Shown here: positions 9,809 to 18,449 of the stretch, in pieces
Numbering within the stretch: the stretch's first letter is position 1
Layout: each line of letters starts with the position of its first letter
Source: Bacteroidales bacterium
GTDB lineage: Bacteria; Bacteroidota; Bacteroidia; Bacteroidales; UBA932
Assembly: GCA_017612675.1 (NCBI GenBank)
Contig: JAGAFI010000032.1
Coordinates: forward strand, 1-40,362
Direction of reading: 5' to 3'
Length of the DNA: 40,362 bases
Program-made: the position numbers and the translations under genes
Notes under the pieces: model-generated
Databases searched by the model: none
What the model was told of the DNA's origin: nothing
Seen by the model: only the letters and a program-made list of their open reading frames with translations

Positions 9809-10606
9809 TCAGTTTTCCACCCAGTGTATGACAATCCCGGCGCGTTCCATGCCGCGGAACCAGGTCATCTGGCGCTTGGCGAACTGGTGGATGGCGGTGG
9901 CGAGCTGCTCCCGCATCTGGCCGTAGTCCAGCTCACCCAGCACATACCGGGTCACGAATTTGTATTCCAATCCGTAGGAAATCAGGACTTCGGCGCTGAC
10001 CCCGGATGCGAGCAGGCCGCGGATTTCTTCCACCATCCCTTCCTGCAGCCGCTCGTCCAGACGCCTGTCGATGCGCGCATTGCGTTCTTCCCGGGAGACC
10101 CGGGTTCCGATGACGAAAGGCCGCAGGCCGGAGGGGTCCTCCGAGGCCATCGCGCTGCTCAGCGGTTTCTTCCCGGCAAAGTCGTACCCGGACAGGACGG
10201 CGTTGATATACAGGCCGGTGCCGCCGCAGAGGATGGGGGCGGCGCCCCGTTTCCGGATATCTGCATACACGCGGCGGAAGTCTTCCGTGAAGTCGTGGAC
10301 ATTGTATTGCTGTCCGGCATCCAGGATGTCTATCAGGTGGTAGGGGATGCCGGCATAATCGGACAAATCTTTGCCCGTGCCGATGTCCATCCCGCGATAG
10401 ACCTGCCGGGAATCCGCGGAAATGATTTCGGCGGGACATGCCAGTGCCTGTGCCAGCCGTACGGCCAGGCGGGTCTTGCCGGAAGCGGTGGGGCCGAGGA
10501 TGACGAAAAGCCCGGTCTCACCGCGCTGCCACAACGCTGCCAGCGCCCGGAAATCAAGGGTTTCTGCAGGAGGCATTTTTGCCATGATGGGTTTACGCGC
10601 CGGCAT
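9809..10606 (-). CDS. miaA: tRNA dimethylallyltransferase-family (MiaA/IPT) protein, shortened
   Basis: GPTASGKT P-loop, IISADSRQVYRGMDIGTGK, CGGTGLY, GLEY and FAKRQMTWFR motifs; the central insertion domain is largely missing. Confidence 0.8.
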   Translation of the reverse strand: MPARKPIMAKMPPAETLDFRALAALWQRGETGLFVILGPTASGKTRLAVRLAQALACPAEIISADSRQVYRGMDIGTGKDLSDYAGIPYHLIDILDAGQQYNVHDFTEDFRRVYADIRKRGAAPILCGGTGLYINAVLSGYDFAGKKPLSSAMASEDPSGLRPFVIGTRVSREERNARIDRRLDERLQEGMVEEIRGLLASGVSAEVLISYGLEYKFVTRYVLGELDYGQMREQLATAIHQFAKRQMTWFRGMERAGIVIHWVEN

Positions 10607-10610
10607 GTCG

Positions 10611-11063
10611 TCAGCTTCGCTCCATTTCGCGCCGGATATCCTTTTCCTTGATGGTGGCGCGTTTGTCGTACTCCTTCTTGCCCCGGCAAAGGGCGATGTG
10701 CAACTTGGCGTAGCCGTTGTCGGCGATATAGGCGCGCGTGGCGACGATGGTCAGCCCCTTGGTCTTGACCGCCTGGGCGAGGTGGCGCAGTTCGCGCTTG
10801 GTCAGCAGGAGCTTGCGGTCCCGTGCCGGTTCGTGGCTGCCCCAGCGGGAGGCCCAGAAATAGGTGGCGATGTTCATGCCGCGCACATACAGTTCCCCGC
10901 CGGAGAAATAGCACCAGGCATCCTGCAGGGAGGCTTTTCCCGCCCGCAGGCTCTTGATTTCCGTGCCCACGAGCACGATGCCGGCATCATATTGTTCGAT
11001 AAATTCGTAATCGAAAGATGCCCGGCGGTTGGTTATCTGGATTTTGCTCTTGGCTTTCGGCAT
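10611..11063 (-). CDS. smpB: SsrA-binding protein SmpB
   Basis: NRRASFDY, AGIVLVGTEIKSLR, RKLLL and GKKEYDKR motifs; true start ATG 11063 (MPKAKSKIQI). Confidence 0.95.
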   Translation of the reverse strand: MPKAKSKIQITNRRASFDYEFIEQYDAGIVLVGTEIKSLRAGKASLQDAWCYFSGGELYVRGMNIATYFWASRWGSHEPARDRKLLLTKRELRHLAQAVKTKGLTIVATRAYIADNGYAKLHIALCRGKKEYDKRATIKEKDIRREMERS

Positions 11064-11076
11064 GGGTGGCAAGGGA

Positions 11077-12336
11077 TTATAGGCCGAAACGCCGGCGGAG
11101 TTCCGGGACGGCATCCAGCCGCTCCCAGCCGAAGAACCAGACTTCGCGGGTGCTGCCGTCAGCAAAACGGACAGGGGCCGTATAAGGCTTGCGTCCCATG
11201 TGCCCGTAGGAAGCCGTCGGCAGGAAAATCGGGTTCTTCAAGCCGAAACGCTCCACGATGGCCGCGGGGCGCAGGTCGAAGCAGTCGCGCACCACATCGG
11301 CGATGGCTGCGTCCGGGGTTCCGGCGCCGGGGAGATGGGCGCTGCCGTAACTGTTGACATAGACGCTGACCGGTTCGGCGACCCCGATGGCATAGGCCAG
11401 CTGTACCAGGCATTCATCCGCGACGCCTGCGGCCACGAGGTTCTTGGCGATGTGGCGGGCGGCATACGCGGCGCTGCGGTCCACTTTGGAGGCGTCTTTG
11501 CCGGAAAACGCCCCGCCGCCGTGCGCCCCTTTTCCGCCGTAGGTATCGACGATGATTTTGCGTCCCGTCAGGCCCGTGTCGCCCGCGGGGCCGCCAATCA
11601 CGAACTTGCCGGTGGGGTTCACGTGCAGGATGAAGTTCCCGTCGAAGAGGGCCGCCGTCTGCGGGGGCAGGGAAGCGACCATGCGCGGGATGAGAATCTC
11701 CCGGACATCCCGTTCAATCCGTGCGTGCATGCGTGCATCGCTGTCGAAGGAATCGTGCTGCGTGCTCAAGACAATGGTGTGTATCCGCAGGGGGATGTTC
11801 CCTTCCGCATATTCGACGGTGAACTGGGATTTGGCGTCAGGCCGCAGGTACGGCATCAGCTCCGGGTGGTTGTGGCGGATGTCGGACAGCGTCAGCAGGA
11901 GCCGGTGCGACAGGGACAGCGGCAGCGGCATATAGTCTTCCGTGTCCCGGCAGGCATAGCCGAACATCATCCCCTGGTCGCCGGCACCCTGTGCCATCGC
12001 CTCTTCCCGCACGACGCCCCGGCGGATGTCGGAACTCTGCTCGTGGATGGTGGAGATGATGCCGCAGGAAGCGGCATCGAACAGGTACTCCGAGCGGGTG
12101 TAGCCGATGCGGGCGATGACGCCGCGCACCACTTCCTGGATGTCCACATACGAATGTTCGGAGCGGACTTCCCCGCCCACGATGACCAGCCCCGACGTGC
12201 AAAAGGTTTCGCACGCGACTTTCGATTCCGGGTCCTGGCGGAGGAATTCATCGAGGATGGCGTCTGAAATCTGGTCGGCAACCTTGTCCGGGTGCCCTTC
12301 GGAGACGGACTCCGAGGTAAAAAGATAGGTTTTCAT
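11077..12336 (-). CDS. metK: S-adenosylmethionine synthetase
   Basis: FTSESVSEGHPDK, GAGDQG, GRKIIVDTYGG and GGGAFSGKD motifs; start ATG 12336 (MKTYLF). Confidence 0.97.
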   Translation of the reverse strand: MKTYLFTSESVSEGHPDKVADQISDAILDEFLRQDPESKVACETFCTSGLVIVGGEVRSEHSYVDIQEVVRGVIARIGYTRSEYLFDAASCGIISTIHEQSSDIRRGVVREEAMAQGAGDQGMMFGYACRDTEDYMPLPLSLSHRLLLTLSDIRHNHPELMPYLRPDAKSQFTVEYAEGNIPLRIHTIVLSTQHDSFDSDARMHARIERDVREILIPRMVASLPPQTAALFDGNFILHVNPTGKFVIGGPAGDTGLTGRKIIVDTYGGKGAHGGGAFSGKDASKVDRSAAYAARHIAKNLVAAGVADECLVQLAYAIGVAEPVSVYVNSYGSAHLPGAGTPDAAIADVVRDCFDLRPAAIVERFGLKNPIFLPTASYGHMGRKPYTAPVRFADGSTREVWFFGWERLDAVPELRRRFGL

Positions 12337-12386
12337 TTTTAGCATTTTTTTTCGCGAGGTTGCAAGCATCCAAATCTCTCCTCGCA
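12337..12386 (-). promoter_or_regulatory. SAM-II class riboswitch in the metK leader
   Basis: Minus strand reads UGCGAGG-AGAGAUUUG-GAUGCUUGCAA-CCUCGCG-AAAAAAAAU-GCUAAAA-AUG: P1 stem GCGAGG/CCUCGC, a loop with GAUUU and UUGC, and a 3' GCUAAA pseudoknot strand. These are SAM-II hallmarks, directly upstream of metK. Confidence 0.85.
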
Positions 12387-12398
12387 GGTTTGCAGGGG

Positions 12399-12429
12399 CA
12401 AAGATAAACCAAATTGTGCGTTTTCCAAA
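12399..12429 (-). promoter_or_regulatory. Bacteroidetes primary-sigma promoter for metK
   Basis: Minus strand TTTG (12429-12426), 19-nt spacer, TATCTTTG (12406-12399), just upstream of the riboswitch. Confidence 0.8.
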
Positions 12430-12521
12430 CACCTGCCCGTAATATGGGCCCTTTTCCCGACGGGCGTTTTCCGACAGCCGGTTTTTCGCGCCCGCTTCGT
12501 ATCAGATAGTTCTCGTTTTAT

Positions 12522-12552
12522 TTTGTTATGATGTTTTCTTGTGGTAACTTTG
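12522..12552 (+). promoter_or_regulatory. Bacteroidetes primary-sigma promoter for the TonB receptor operon
   Basis: TTTG (12522-12525), 19-nt spacer, TAACTTTG (12545-12552), 38 nt before ATG 12591. Confidence 0.8.
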
Positions 12553-12590
12553 CCCCACGGAATTTATTTATTAAAACTATCCGACGTTTT

Positions 12591-15500
12591 ATGAAAAAAT
12601 GTATCCATGCCCTGTTGCTGTCTGTAGTGGCAACACTGATGGCCGTACCTGCCATTGCGCAGATTACGACCTCCTCCCTCGGCGGCCGGATTACCGACGC
12701 TGCCGGGGAATCCGTTCCCGGTGCGACCGTCGTGGCGGTCCACACGCCGTCTGGTACGCAGTATTATGCGGTGACGAATGCCGAAGGACGGTATAACATC
12801 ATCGGTATGCGTGCGGGCGGTCCGTACGCGGTCGAGGTTTCCTGTCTCGGTTACCAGAAAGTCACCTACACGGACGTCACGCTCCAGCTTGCGGAAGTGT
12901 ATGCCCTGAACGCCTCGCTGCAGGACGATGCGGAGCGGCTGGCGGAATCCGTCGTGATTTCCACGGCTTCTTCCAAGTTTGCGACCGAGCAGACCGGCGC
13001 TGCGACGAATATCAGCAACCGGGATATCGTCAACCTGCCGACCGTCAACCGCAGCATCACGGATGTGACCCGCCTGTCGCCCTACGGTGGAAACGGAATG
13101 AAATTCGCAGGCACGGATGACCGTACCGCCAACTTTACCGTGGACGGTGCCAATTTCAACAACAACTTCGGCCTGAGCGGCAACCTGCCCGGCGGCGGCA
13201 CCCCGATTTCCATCGATGCCATCGAAGAACTGCAAGTGGTAATTTCCCCGTATGACGTGCGCCAGAACAATTTCATCGGCGGCGGCGTGAACGCCATCAC
13301 GAAGTCCGGTACCAATACCTTCAAGGGCAGTGCCTACATTTATCACCGCAACGAGAACATGCGTGGTGACACCGTGGACGGCGAACAGATTGGCGGCGCC
13401 CGCGACCGGGACCGCAACACGACGTACGGCGTGACCCTCGGAGGCCCCATCATCAAGAACAAACTCTTCTTCTTCGTCAATTTCGAATACGCCAAGTCCC
13501 CGACCGTCGCCAACCGCTGGCGGGCTTCCGAAAACGGTGTGGGCAATGCGGACAAGTACCTGTCCTATGCCTCCGTGGAGGATATGCAGCGCGTATCTGA
13601 TTTTGTCCGGGAGACCTACGGCTACGAGACTGGTTCGTTTACGCAGTTCCCCGCCGACGAGAGCAACATCAAGGCCCTCGCCCGCATCGACTGGAACATC
13701 AATGACCGCAACCACCTCTCCCTGCGCTACAATTATACCAACAACACGGGTTGGAACGCGCCCAACGCTTCGTCCATGGACGGCGGCACCCGTTCCCCGT
13801 ATGCACGTACGTCGCTGTATTCGATGTCCTATGCGAATTCGATGTATTCCATCAACAACCTCGTGCATTCGGCTTCCATCGACCTGAACAGCCGCATCGG
13901 CGACAATGTTTCCAACCAGCTGCTGGCCACGTTCTCCAAGCTCGATGACGTGCGCGGCTCCACTTCCTCCGACTTCCCGTTCATCGACATCCAGGACGGT
14001 ACCGGCACCAACACGCAGTACATGTCGCTGGGTTATGAACTTTTCACCTGGAAGAACGCCGTCCACAACACGGTGGCCAACATCAAGGACGACATCACCT
14101 GGTATGCGGGTGCCCACAAGGTGACCGGCGGCCTGAGCTATGAATACCAGATGGCCGACAACCAGTACATGCGCAACGGAACGGGCTATTACCGTTTCGG
14201 GAGCATCAATGACTTCCTGACCGGCGGCACGCCCGAAATCGTGGCCCTCACCTACGGCTATGACGGCAACCAGACGCCCGCCGCCCGCGTGCAGTTCCAC
14301 AAGGCCGGCCTCTATGCGCAGGACGAGTGGTCCGCCAGCGACAACTTCAAGCTGACCGCCGGCATCCGGCTGGACGGCCTCTTCTTCGACAACGGCGACC
14401 TGATGACCAACAAGGCCATCCAGGACCTGACCTATTATCCCAAGACGTACGGGTACACCGAGCAGCATATCGATACAGGTGCGTGGCCGAATGCCAACAT
14501 CACCGTGTCCCCCCGCATCGGTTTCAACTGGGACGTGTTCGGCAACAGGAGCCTGAAAGTCCGCGGCGGCACCGGCCTCTTCTCCGGCCGTCTCCCGCTC
14601 GTGTTCTTCACGAACATGCCGACTAACAGCGGCATGGTGCAGAACAAGCTCGCCCTCAACGCCAACACCCCGACCTGGGACGGTTATACCGGGGCGGTCG
14701 TCGAGCGTAACGGCAAGCAGTACATCGACATGAGCCAGTTCGCCGGCGGCGTGCTGACCCGCGAGGAGCTTTACAAGAAACTCATCGCCATGGGGTATCC
14801 CGAGACGATTTCCCCGGAAACGGGCACCAAGCCCAGTTCCATCGCCGCCGTGGACCCCAACTTCAAGATGCCGCAGGTGTGGAAGACCTCCCTGGCCGTG
14901 GATTATTCCTTCCCGACCTCCTTCCCGTTCTCCATTACGGCGGAAGGCATTTTCAACAAGACCATCAACGGTGTGACGATTTCTGACTGGAGCCTCAAGC
15001 CGGTCGAGGGCTTTGCCCGCTTCAACGGCGTGGACAACCGTCCCCTCTATCCCGCGGAATTCCGCACCGGCACCAAGGCCTTCGTGTTGAGCAACACCAA
15101 TGAAGGGTACGGTTATACCGCCAACGTGCAGATGAAGATGCAGCCGGTTCCGGAAGTGGACCTCATGGCATCCTACACCCGTACCGTCTCCAAGGAACTG
15201 ACCGGTATGCCGGGTTCCGACGCCGAATCCGCGTTCACCTATGTGCCGACCACGCATGGTCCGAACAACATCAAGCTGCACAATTCGCAGTATGTGACGC
15301 CCGACCGCATCATCGCGGCGGTGAACTACCACAACCACTGCGGCGACCACTTCAGCCTGATTTATGAAAGCTGGCGCGGCGGCTACAACTATTCCTATAT
15401 GCTGGCCAACGACATGAACGGCGACGGCTACCAGTACGATGCCCTCTATATCCCGACGGACAAGCAGGTGGCCGACGGCGAGTTCCGCTTCGTCAGCGAG

Positions 15501-15911
15501 GGCGACCGCGACCGCTTCATGTCCTTTGTACACAATGACAGCTACCTGAGCCGTCACCAGGGACAGTATGCGGAGGCCTACAGCGTCTATTCCCCGTGGG
15601 TACACCGCTTTGACTTCGCGTACAAACATGACTTCCGCATCAAGGTCGGCAGCCAGATGAACACGCTCCAGTTGAGCCTGGACGTCAAGAACCTTGCGAA
15701 CCTCTTCAACAGCAGCTGGGGCGTCTCCAAGCAGATGAACCCGACGCTGAATTCCGGGCGTATCCTCAAATATGAGGGTGCGGATGCGGATGGCTATGCC
15801 ACCTTCTCCACGCCGGCTGCCGTCAGCGGTTCGACGCAGACCTGGACGCTCTACCATACCGTGGGGCAGTGCTGGTACGCTTCCGTCGGTATCAAGTATA
15901 TGTTTAACTAA
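12591..15911 (+). CDS. TonB-dependent receptor, Oar-like (N-terminal carboxypeptidase-regulatory-like domain)
   Basis: Signal peptide MKKCIHALLL..AIAQ, GATVVAVHTPSG, NFTVDGANFNNNFG, INAITKSGTN-like plug motif (VNAITKSGTN), C-terminal GIKYMFN beta-signal; start ATG 12591. Confidence 0.9.
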   Translation: MKKCIHALLLSVVATLMAVPAIAQITTSSLGGRITDAAGESVPGATVVAVHTPSGTQYYAVTNAEGRYNIIGMRAGGPYAVEVSCLGYQKVTYTDVTLQLAEVYALNASLQDDAERLAESVVISTASSKFATEQTGAATNISNRDIVNLPTVNRSITDVTRLSPYGGNGMKFAGTDDRTANFTVDGANFNNNFGLSGNLPGGGTPISIDAIEELQVVISPYDVRQNNFIGGGVNAITKSGTNTFKGSAYIYHRNENMRGDTVDGEQIGGARDRDRNTTYGVTLGGPIIKNKLFFFVNFEYAKSPTVANRWRASENGVGNADKYLSYASVEDMQRVSDFVRETYGYETGSFTQFPADESNIKALARIDWNINDRNHLSLRYNYTNNTGWNAPNASSMDGGTRSPYARTSLYSMSYANSMYSINNLVHSASIDLNSRIGDNVSNQLLATFSKLDDVRGSTSSDFPFIDIQDGTGTNTQYMSLGYELFTWKNAVHNTVANIKDDITWYAGAHKVTGGLSYEYQMADNQYMRNGTGYYRFGSINDFLTGGTPEIVALTYGYDGNQTPAARVQFHKAGLYAQDEWSASDNFKLTAGIRLDGLFFDNGDLMTNKAIQDLTYYPKTYGYTEQHIDTGAWPNANITVSPRIGFNWDVFGNRSLKVRGGTGLFSGRLPLVFFTNMPTNSGMVQNKLALNANTPTWDGYTGAVVERNGKQYIDMSQFAGGVLTREELYKKLIAMGYPETISPETGTKPSSIAAVDPNFKMPQVWKTSLAVDYSFPTSFPFSITAEGIFNKTINGVTISDWSLKPVEGFARFNGVDNRPLYPAEFRTGTKAFVLSNTNEGYGYTANVQMKMQPVPEVDLMASYTRTVSKELTGMPGSDAESAFTYVPTTHGPNNIKLHNSQYVTPDRIIAAVNYHNHCGDHFSLIYESWRGGYNYSYMLANDMNGDGYQYDALYIPTDKQVADGEFRFVSEGDRDRFMSFVHNDSYLSRHQGQYAEAYSVYSPWVHRFDFAYKHDFRIKVGSQMNTLQLSLDVKNLANLFNSSWGVSKQMNPTLNSGRILKYEGADADGYATFSTPAAVSGSTQTWTLYHTVGQCWYASVGIKYMFN

Positions 15912-15928
15912 TTAAGAGGACAGACAAT

Positions 15929-17938
15929 ATGAAAACCAGAATTTTCTTTGTCACACTTGTTTCCTGCGTGTTGCTTGCCTTCGGATGCACCACCAAGGAA
16001 GCCACTTCCCTCCCGAACATCCAGTTGTCCAAGACTTTCCTGGCCATTCCGGCTGGCGGCGGATCGGTCGATGTGACCGTTACGGCGGCAGAGGCGTGGG
16101 CGTTTGCCCAGATTTGCAACATCGGAAAGGATGACAACGGCAGCGCCATCTATGCGGAATTCCCGGCCTGGCTGTCCTGCAACGCTGTTTCCGGCGACGC
16201 AGGGGAAACTGTCCTCACGTTCTCTGCAGCGGCCTGCGACTTCGGCCGTGAGCAGGAACTCCAGATTGTCGCCGGTTCCAACACGCAGTACCTGCAGATA
16301 CGTCAGGGCACCATGTCGGCTGTCAAGGCGACCTGTCAGGAAGTGATTGACGGGGTGGACGGCAAGACTTTCACCGTGAAAGGTGTCTGTACGGCCATCG
16401 CCAACACCAACTATGGCAACTGGTATCTCAAGGACGACACCGGTGAAATCTATATCTACGGAACCGTCGATGCCAACGGCAGTTACAACTGGGCGAGCTT
16501 CAACATCGAAGTGGGCGACGTCGTGGAGGTACAGGGTCCCAAGACCACCTACGGCACGACCGTCGAACTGGTGGACGTGTCGGTCCTCCAGGTGACCAAG
16601 TCCCTGCTGAAGCTGGATACGGATGCGGTGGAATTCCCCAAGGAAGGCGGCGAATTTGTCGTGAAAGCCACGTACAAGGGTGAGGGGGTGTTCCTGACCC
16701 AAGGGGAAGACTGGGTGCTGATTCGGGATATGCAGTGCAAGAAGGGGGTTCCCTCCAAGATTGAAACCAACCCGGCGGATACGGCCTGGATTTCTTTCCG
16801 CGTGCTGCCCAATGTGGATGATGCCCGCAAAGGCGTTTTGACGCTGCGTTCCGCTTCCGGTTCGCAAGCCTCCGAGGTGAGCATTTCCGTTGCCCAGGGC
16901 TCTGGCCTGGCCGCGTATGCGCTTCCGTACGAGGAGACTTTCCTCGGCAGCAAGGGCGCGTGGGAAACGCAGGATATCATTCCTGTCGAAGGCGTGGCCA
17001 GCATCTGGACCAACAGCAAGGATTACGGTATGGTGGCGAAGGCGACCAAGGCCGTCGCATCGCAGGCCGAACTGATAGGCCCGAACATCGACCTCGCCTC
17101 CGTGAGCTCCGCCGTGCTGACCTTTGAGCATGTGCAGCGTTATGCCGCTTCTCCGGCCGGGGAACTGAAACTCTTCGCGAGTACCGACAACGGAACCTCC
17201 TGGACGGAGTTGCAGATTCCGGCCTATTCTTCCGGGAAAAACTGGACGTATGTTTCTTCCGGAAACATCAGTCTCAAGCGTTTTGCCGGCAAGCTGGTCA
17301 TGTTGAAATTCCAGTACAATTCCAGTCCGGATGCCTATGCCACATGGGAAATCAAGAACCTGAAGGTGGTGGAAGGCGACATCGCCCCGGCCAATATCGC
17401 GGAACTGAACAACAGTGCGACCGCGGATGCGGAAGTCTGGAGCGGAACGTTCACGGATGCCGTGGTGACCTATGTGAATGGGAAGAATGCGTTTATTGAA
17501 GATGCTACCGGCGGTATCCAGCTTTATATGCAGGACCACGGCCTGGTGGCGGGCCAGACCATCAATGGTACGGTCTCCGGCAAGGTGACGCTGTACAATG
17601 GGTTTGCCGAACTGACGAGCGTGGACGTGGAGGCTGCTACGGTGACCGACGGAGAAGCGCCCGTCCCGACCGCGATGACGCTTCCTGCCTTGATGGCTGC
17701 ATACCTGCGCTATCAGAACTGCTGGGTGGAACTGTCGGACGTGACTTTCGATACGCCCTTGACGCTCTCCAACCGCAACGGTGTCATCTCTTCGAACGGT
17801 GTGACCGTAGCCGCATACGCCCAGATCAAGAATAAGATTGAGATGGCCGGCACCGGTTCCCTCATCTGCATTCCTTCCCGGTACAACGCAAATCTCCAGG
17901 TAGGCGTGTGGGAAAATGACCACTTCATCACGAAGTAA
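15929..17938 (+). CDS. Surface lipoprotein with BACON-like, OB-fold and jelly-roll (DUF5017-like) domains
   Basis: Lipobox LLAFGC; BACON-like W...SGDAG..R..L; OB-fold YGNWYLKDDTGEIYIYG..VGDVVEVQG; LIGPNIDL..LTFEH..WEIKNLKV; second OB-like AFIEDATGGIQLY. Confidence 0.75.
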   Translation: MKTRIFFVTLVSCVLLAFGCTTKEATSLPNIQLSKTFLAIPAGGGSVDVTVTAAEAWAFAQICNIGKDDNGSAIYAEFPAWLSCNAVSGDAGETVLTFSAAACDFGREQELQIVAGSNTQYLQIRQGTMSAVKATCQEVIDGVDGKTFTVKGVCTAIANTNYGNWYLKDDTGEIYIYGTVDANGSYNWASFNIEVGDVVEVQGPKTTYGTTVELVDVSVLQVTKSLLKLDTDAVEFPKEGGEFVVKATYKGEGVFLTQGEDWVLIRDMQCKKGVPSKIETNPADTAWISFRVLPNVDDARKGVLTLRSASGSQASEVSISVAQGSGLAAYALPYEETFLGSKGAWETQDIIPVEGVASIWTNSKDYGMVAKATKAVASQAELIGPNIDLASVSSAVLTFEHVQRYAASPAGELKLFASTDNGTSWTELQIPAYSSGKNWTYVSSGNISLKRFAGKLVMLKFQYNSSPDAYATWEIKNLKVVEGDIAPANIAELNNSATADAEVWSGTFTDAVVTYVNGKNAFIEDATGGIQLYMQDHGLVAGQTINGTVSGKVTLYNGFAELTSVDVEAATVTDGEAPVPTAMTLPALMAAYLRYQNCWVELSDVTFDTPLTLSNRNGVISSNGVTVAAYAQIKNKIEMAGTGSLICIPSRYNANLQVGVWENDHFITK

Positions 17939-17971
17939 GCGGTTTCCCTGGAAACAAGCATCTTCCTTTTG

Positions 17972-18002
17972 AAGGTCGGCGTAAGCCGGCCTTTTTTGTT
18001 TC
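17972..18002 (+). terminator. Intrinsic terminator
   Basis: AAGGTCGGC-GTAA-GCCGGCCTT stem with GNRA loop, followed by TTTTGTTTC, 33 nt after the stop at 17938. Confidence 0.85.
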
Positions 18003-18024
18003 TTGGGGAAAAACTTTATCTTTG
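17995..18024 (+). promoter_or_regulatory. Bacteroidetes promoter preceding a long non-coding structured region
   Basis: TTTG (17995-17998), 18-nt spacer, TATCTTTG (18017-18024); no credible ORF follows for about 420 nt. Confidence 0.7.
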
Positions 18025-18028
18025 CGAA

Positions 18029-18391
18029 GCCGATTTTCGGCGCACATATTGCGAAAGTGTTTTCGCGTCCCGACTGAAAATCTGGACAATTTTCAAAAGG
18101 AAAAGGGAGCGCGTGAGACACTGCGCCTGTCTATGATATGGCTTGATTGGGGGGCATCCCTCCGGTCTCTTCATAGATGACGGTGTGGTTGTTTCCGGTT
18201 TCTTGCTTCCTTTGCGTTTGTCCAGAACGTTCAGTCGAAAGAGCGGAGGCTCCACACTTTCTTCATTCACCCGTTAACAAAGGGCTCAGGAGCCGCCCTG
18301 CCCGTATTTCGGCCTCTGGCCAGCTGCCAGCAGGAGACTTTTGCGTTTCTTCGAACCTGCGGTGTACGAATGGGTGAGCCTGCTTGTTTTT
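18029..18391 (+). ncRNA. Candidate large structured ncRNA or long structured 5' leader (family not recognised)
   Basis: Two short 5' hairpins (18029-41, 18050-67), a ~167-nt rod (18071-18237) of stacked helices with about ten G-U pairs that form only on the + strand, and a multibranch domain closed by 18266-75/18369-78, followed by a U-run. Preceded by a promoter motif. Confidence 0.6.
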
Positions 18392-18410
18392 AATAACCGA
18401 AATAATTTCG

Positions 18411-18418
18411 TATCTTTG
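18411..18418 (+). promoter_or_regulatory. Putative -7 promoter element for the downstream nuclease operon
   Basis: TATCTTTG 31 nt upstream of ATG 18450 in AT-rich context; no clean -33 TTTG at canonical spacing. Confidence 0.55.
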
Positions 18419-18449
18419 GAAAGTATAGCATCAACTAACAACCATTGAT

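Noticed and set aside
12564-15857. Very long antisense ORFs (also 7544-9280, 15908-18121, 18435-20660, 22863-25223, 33229-34824, 36323-37936, 38153-39655)
   Set aside because: They lie opposite well-supported genes, have no recognisable motifs, and are the shadows expected from strong C/G-ending codon bias.
18016-18377. Small ORFs 18016-18270 (-) and 18177-18377 (+) in the structured intergenic region
   Set aside because: No motifs, atypical codon usage and no A-rich initiation context; the base-pairing pattern explains the region better.
18029-18391. tmRNA, SRP RNA, RNase P RNA or retron msr-msd as the identity of the structured element
   Set aside because: No tRNA-like GGGG...CCACCA ends, SRP helix-8 motif or GAGGAAAGUCC signature, and no reverse transcriptase in the window. 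A divergent 6S RNA cannot be excluded without a covariance search.
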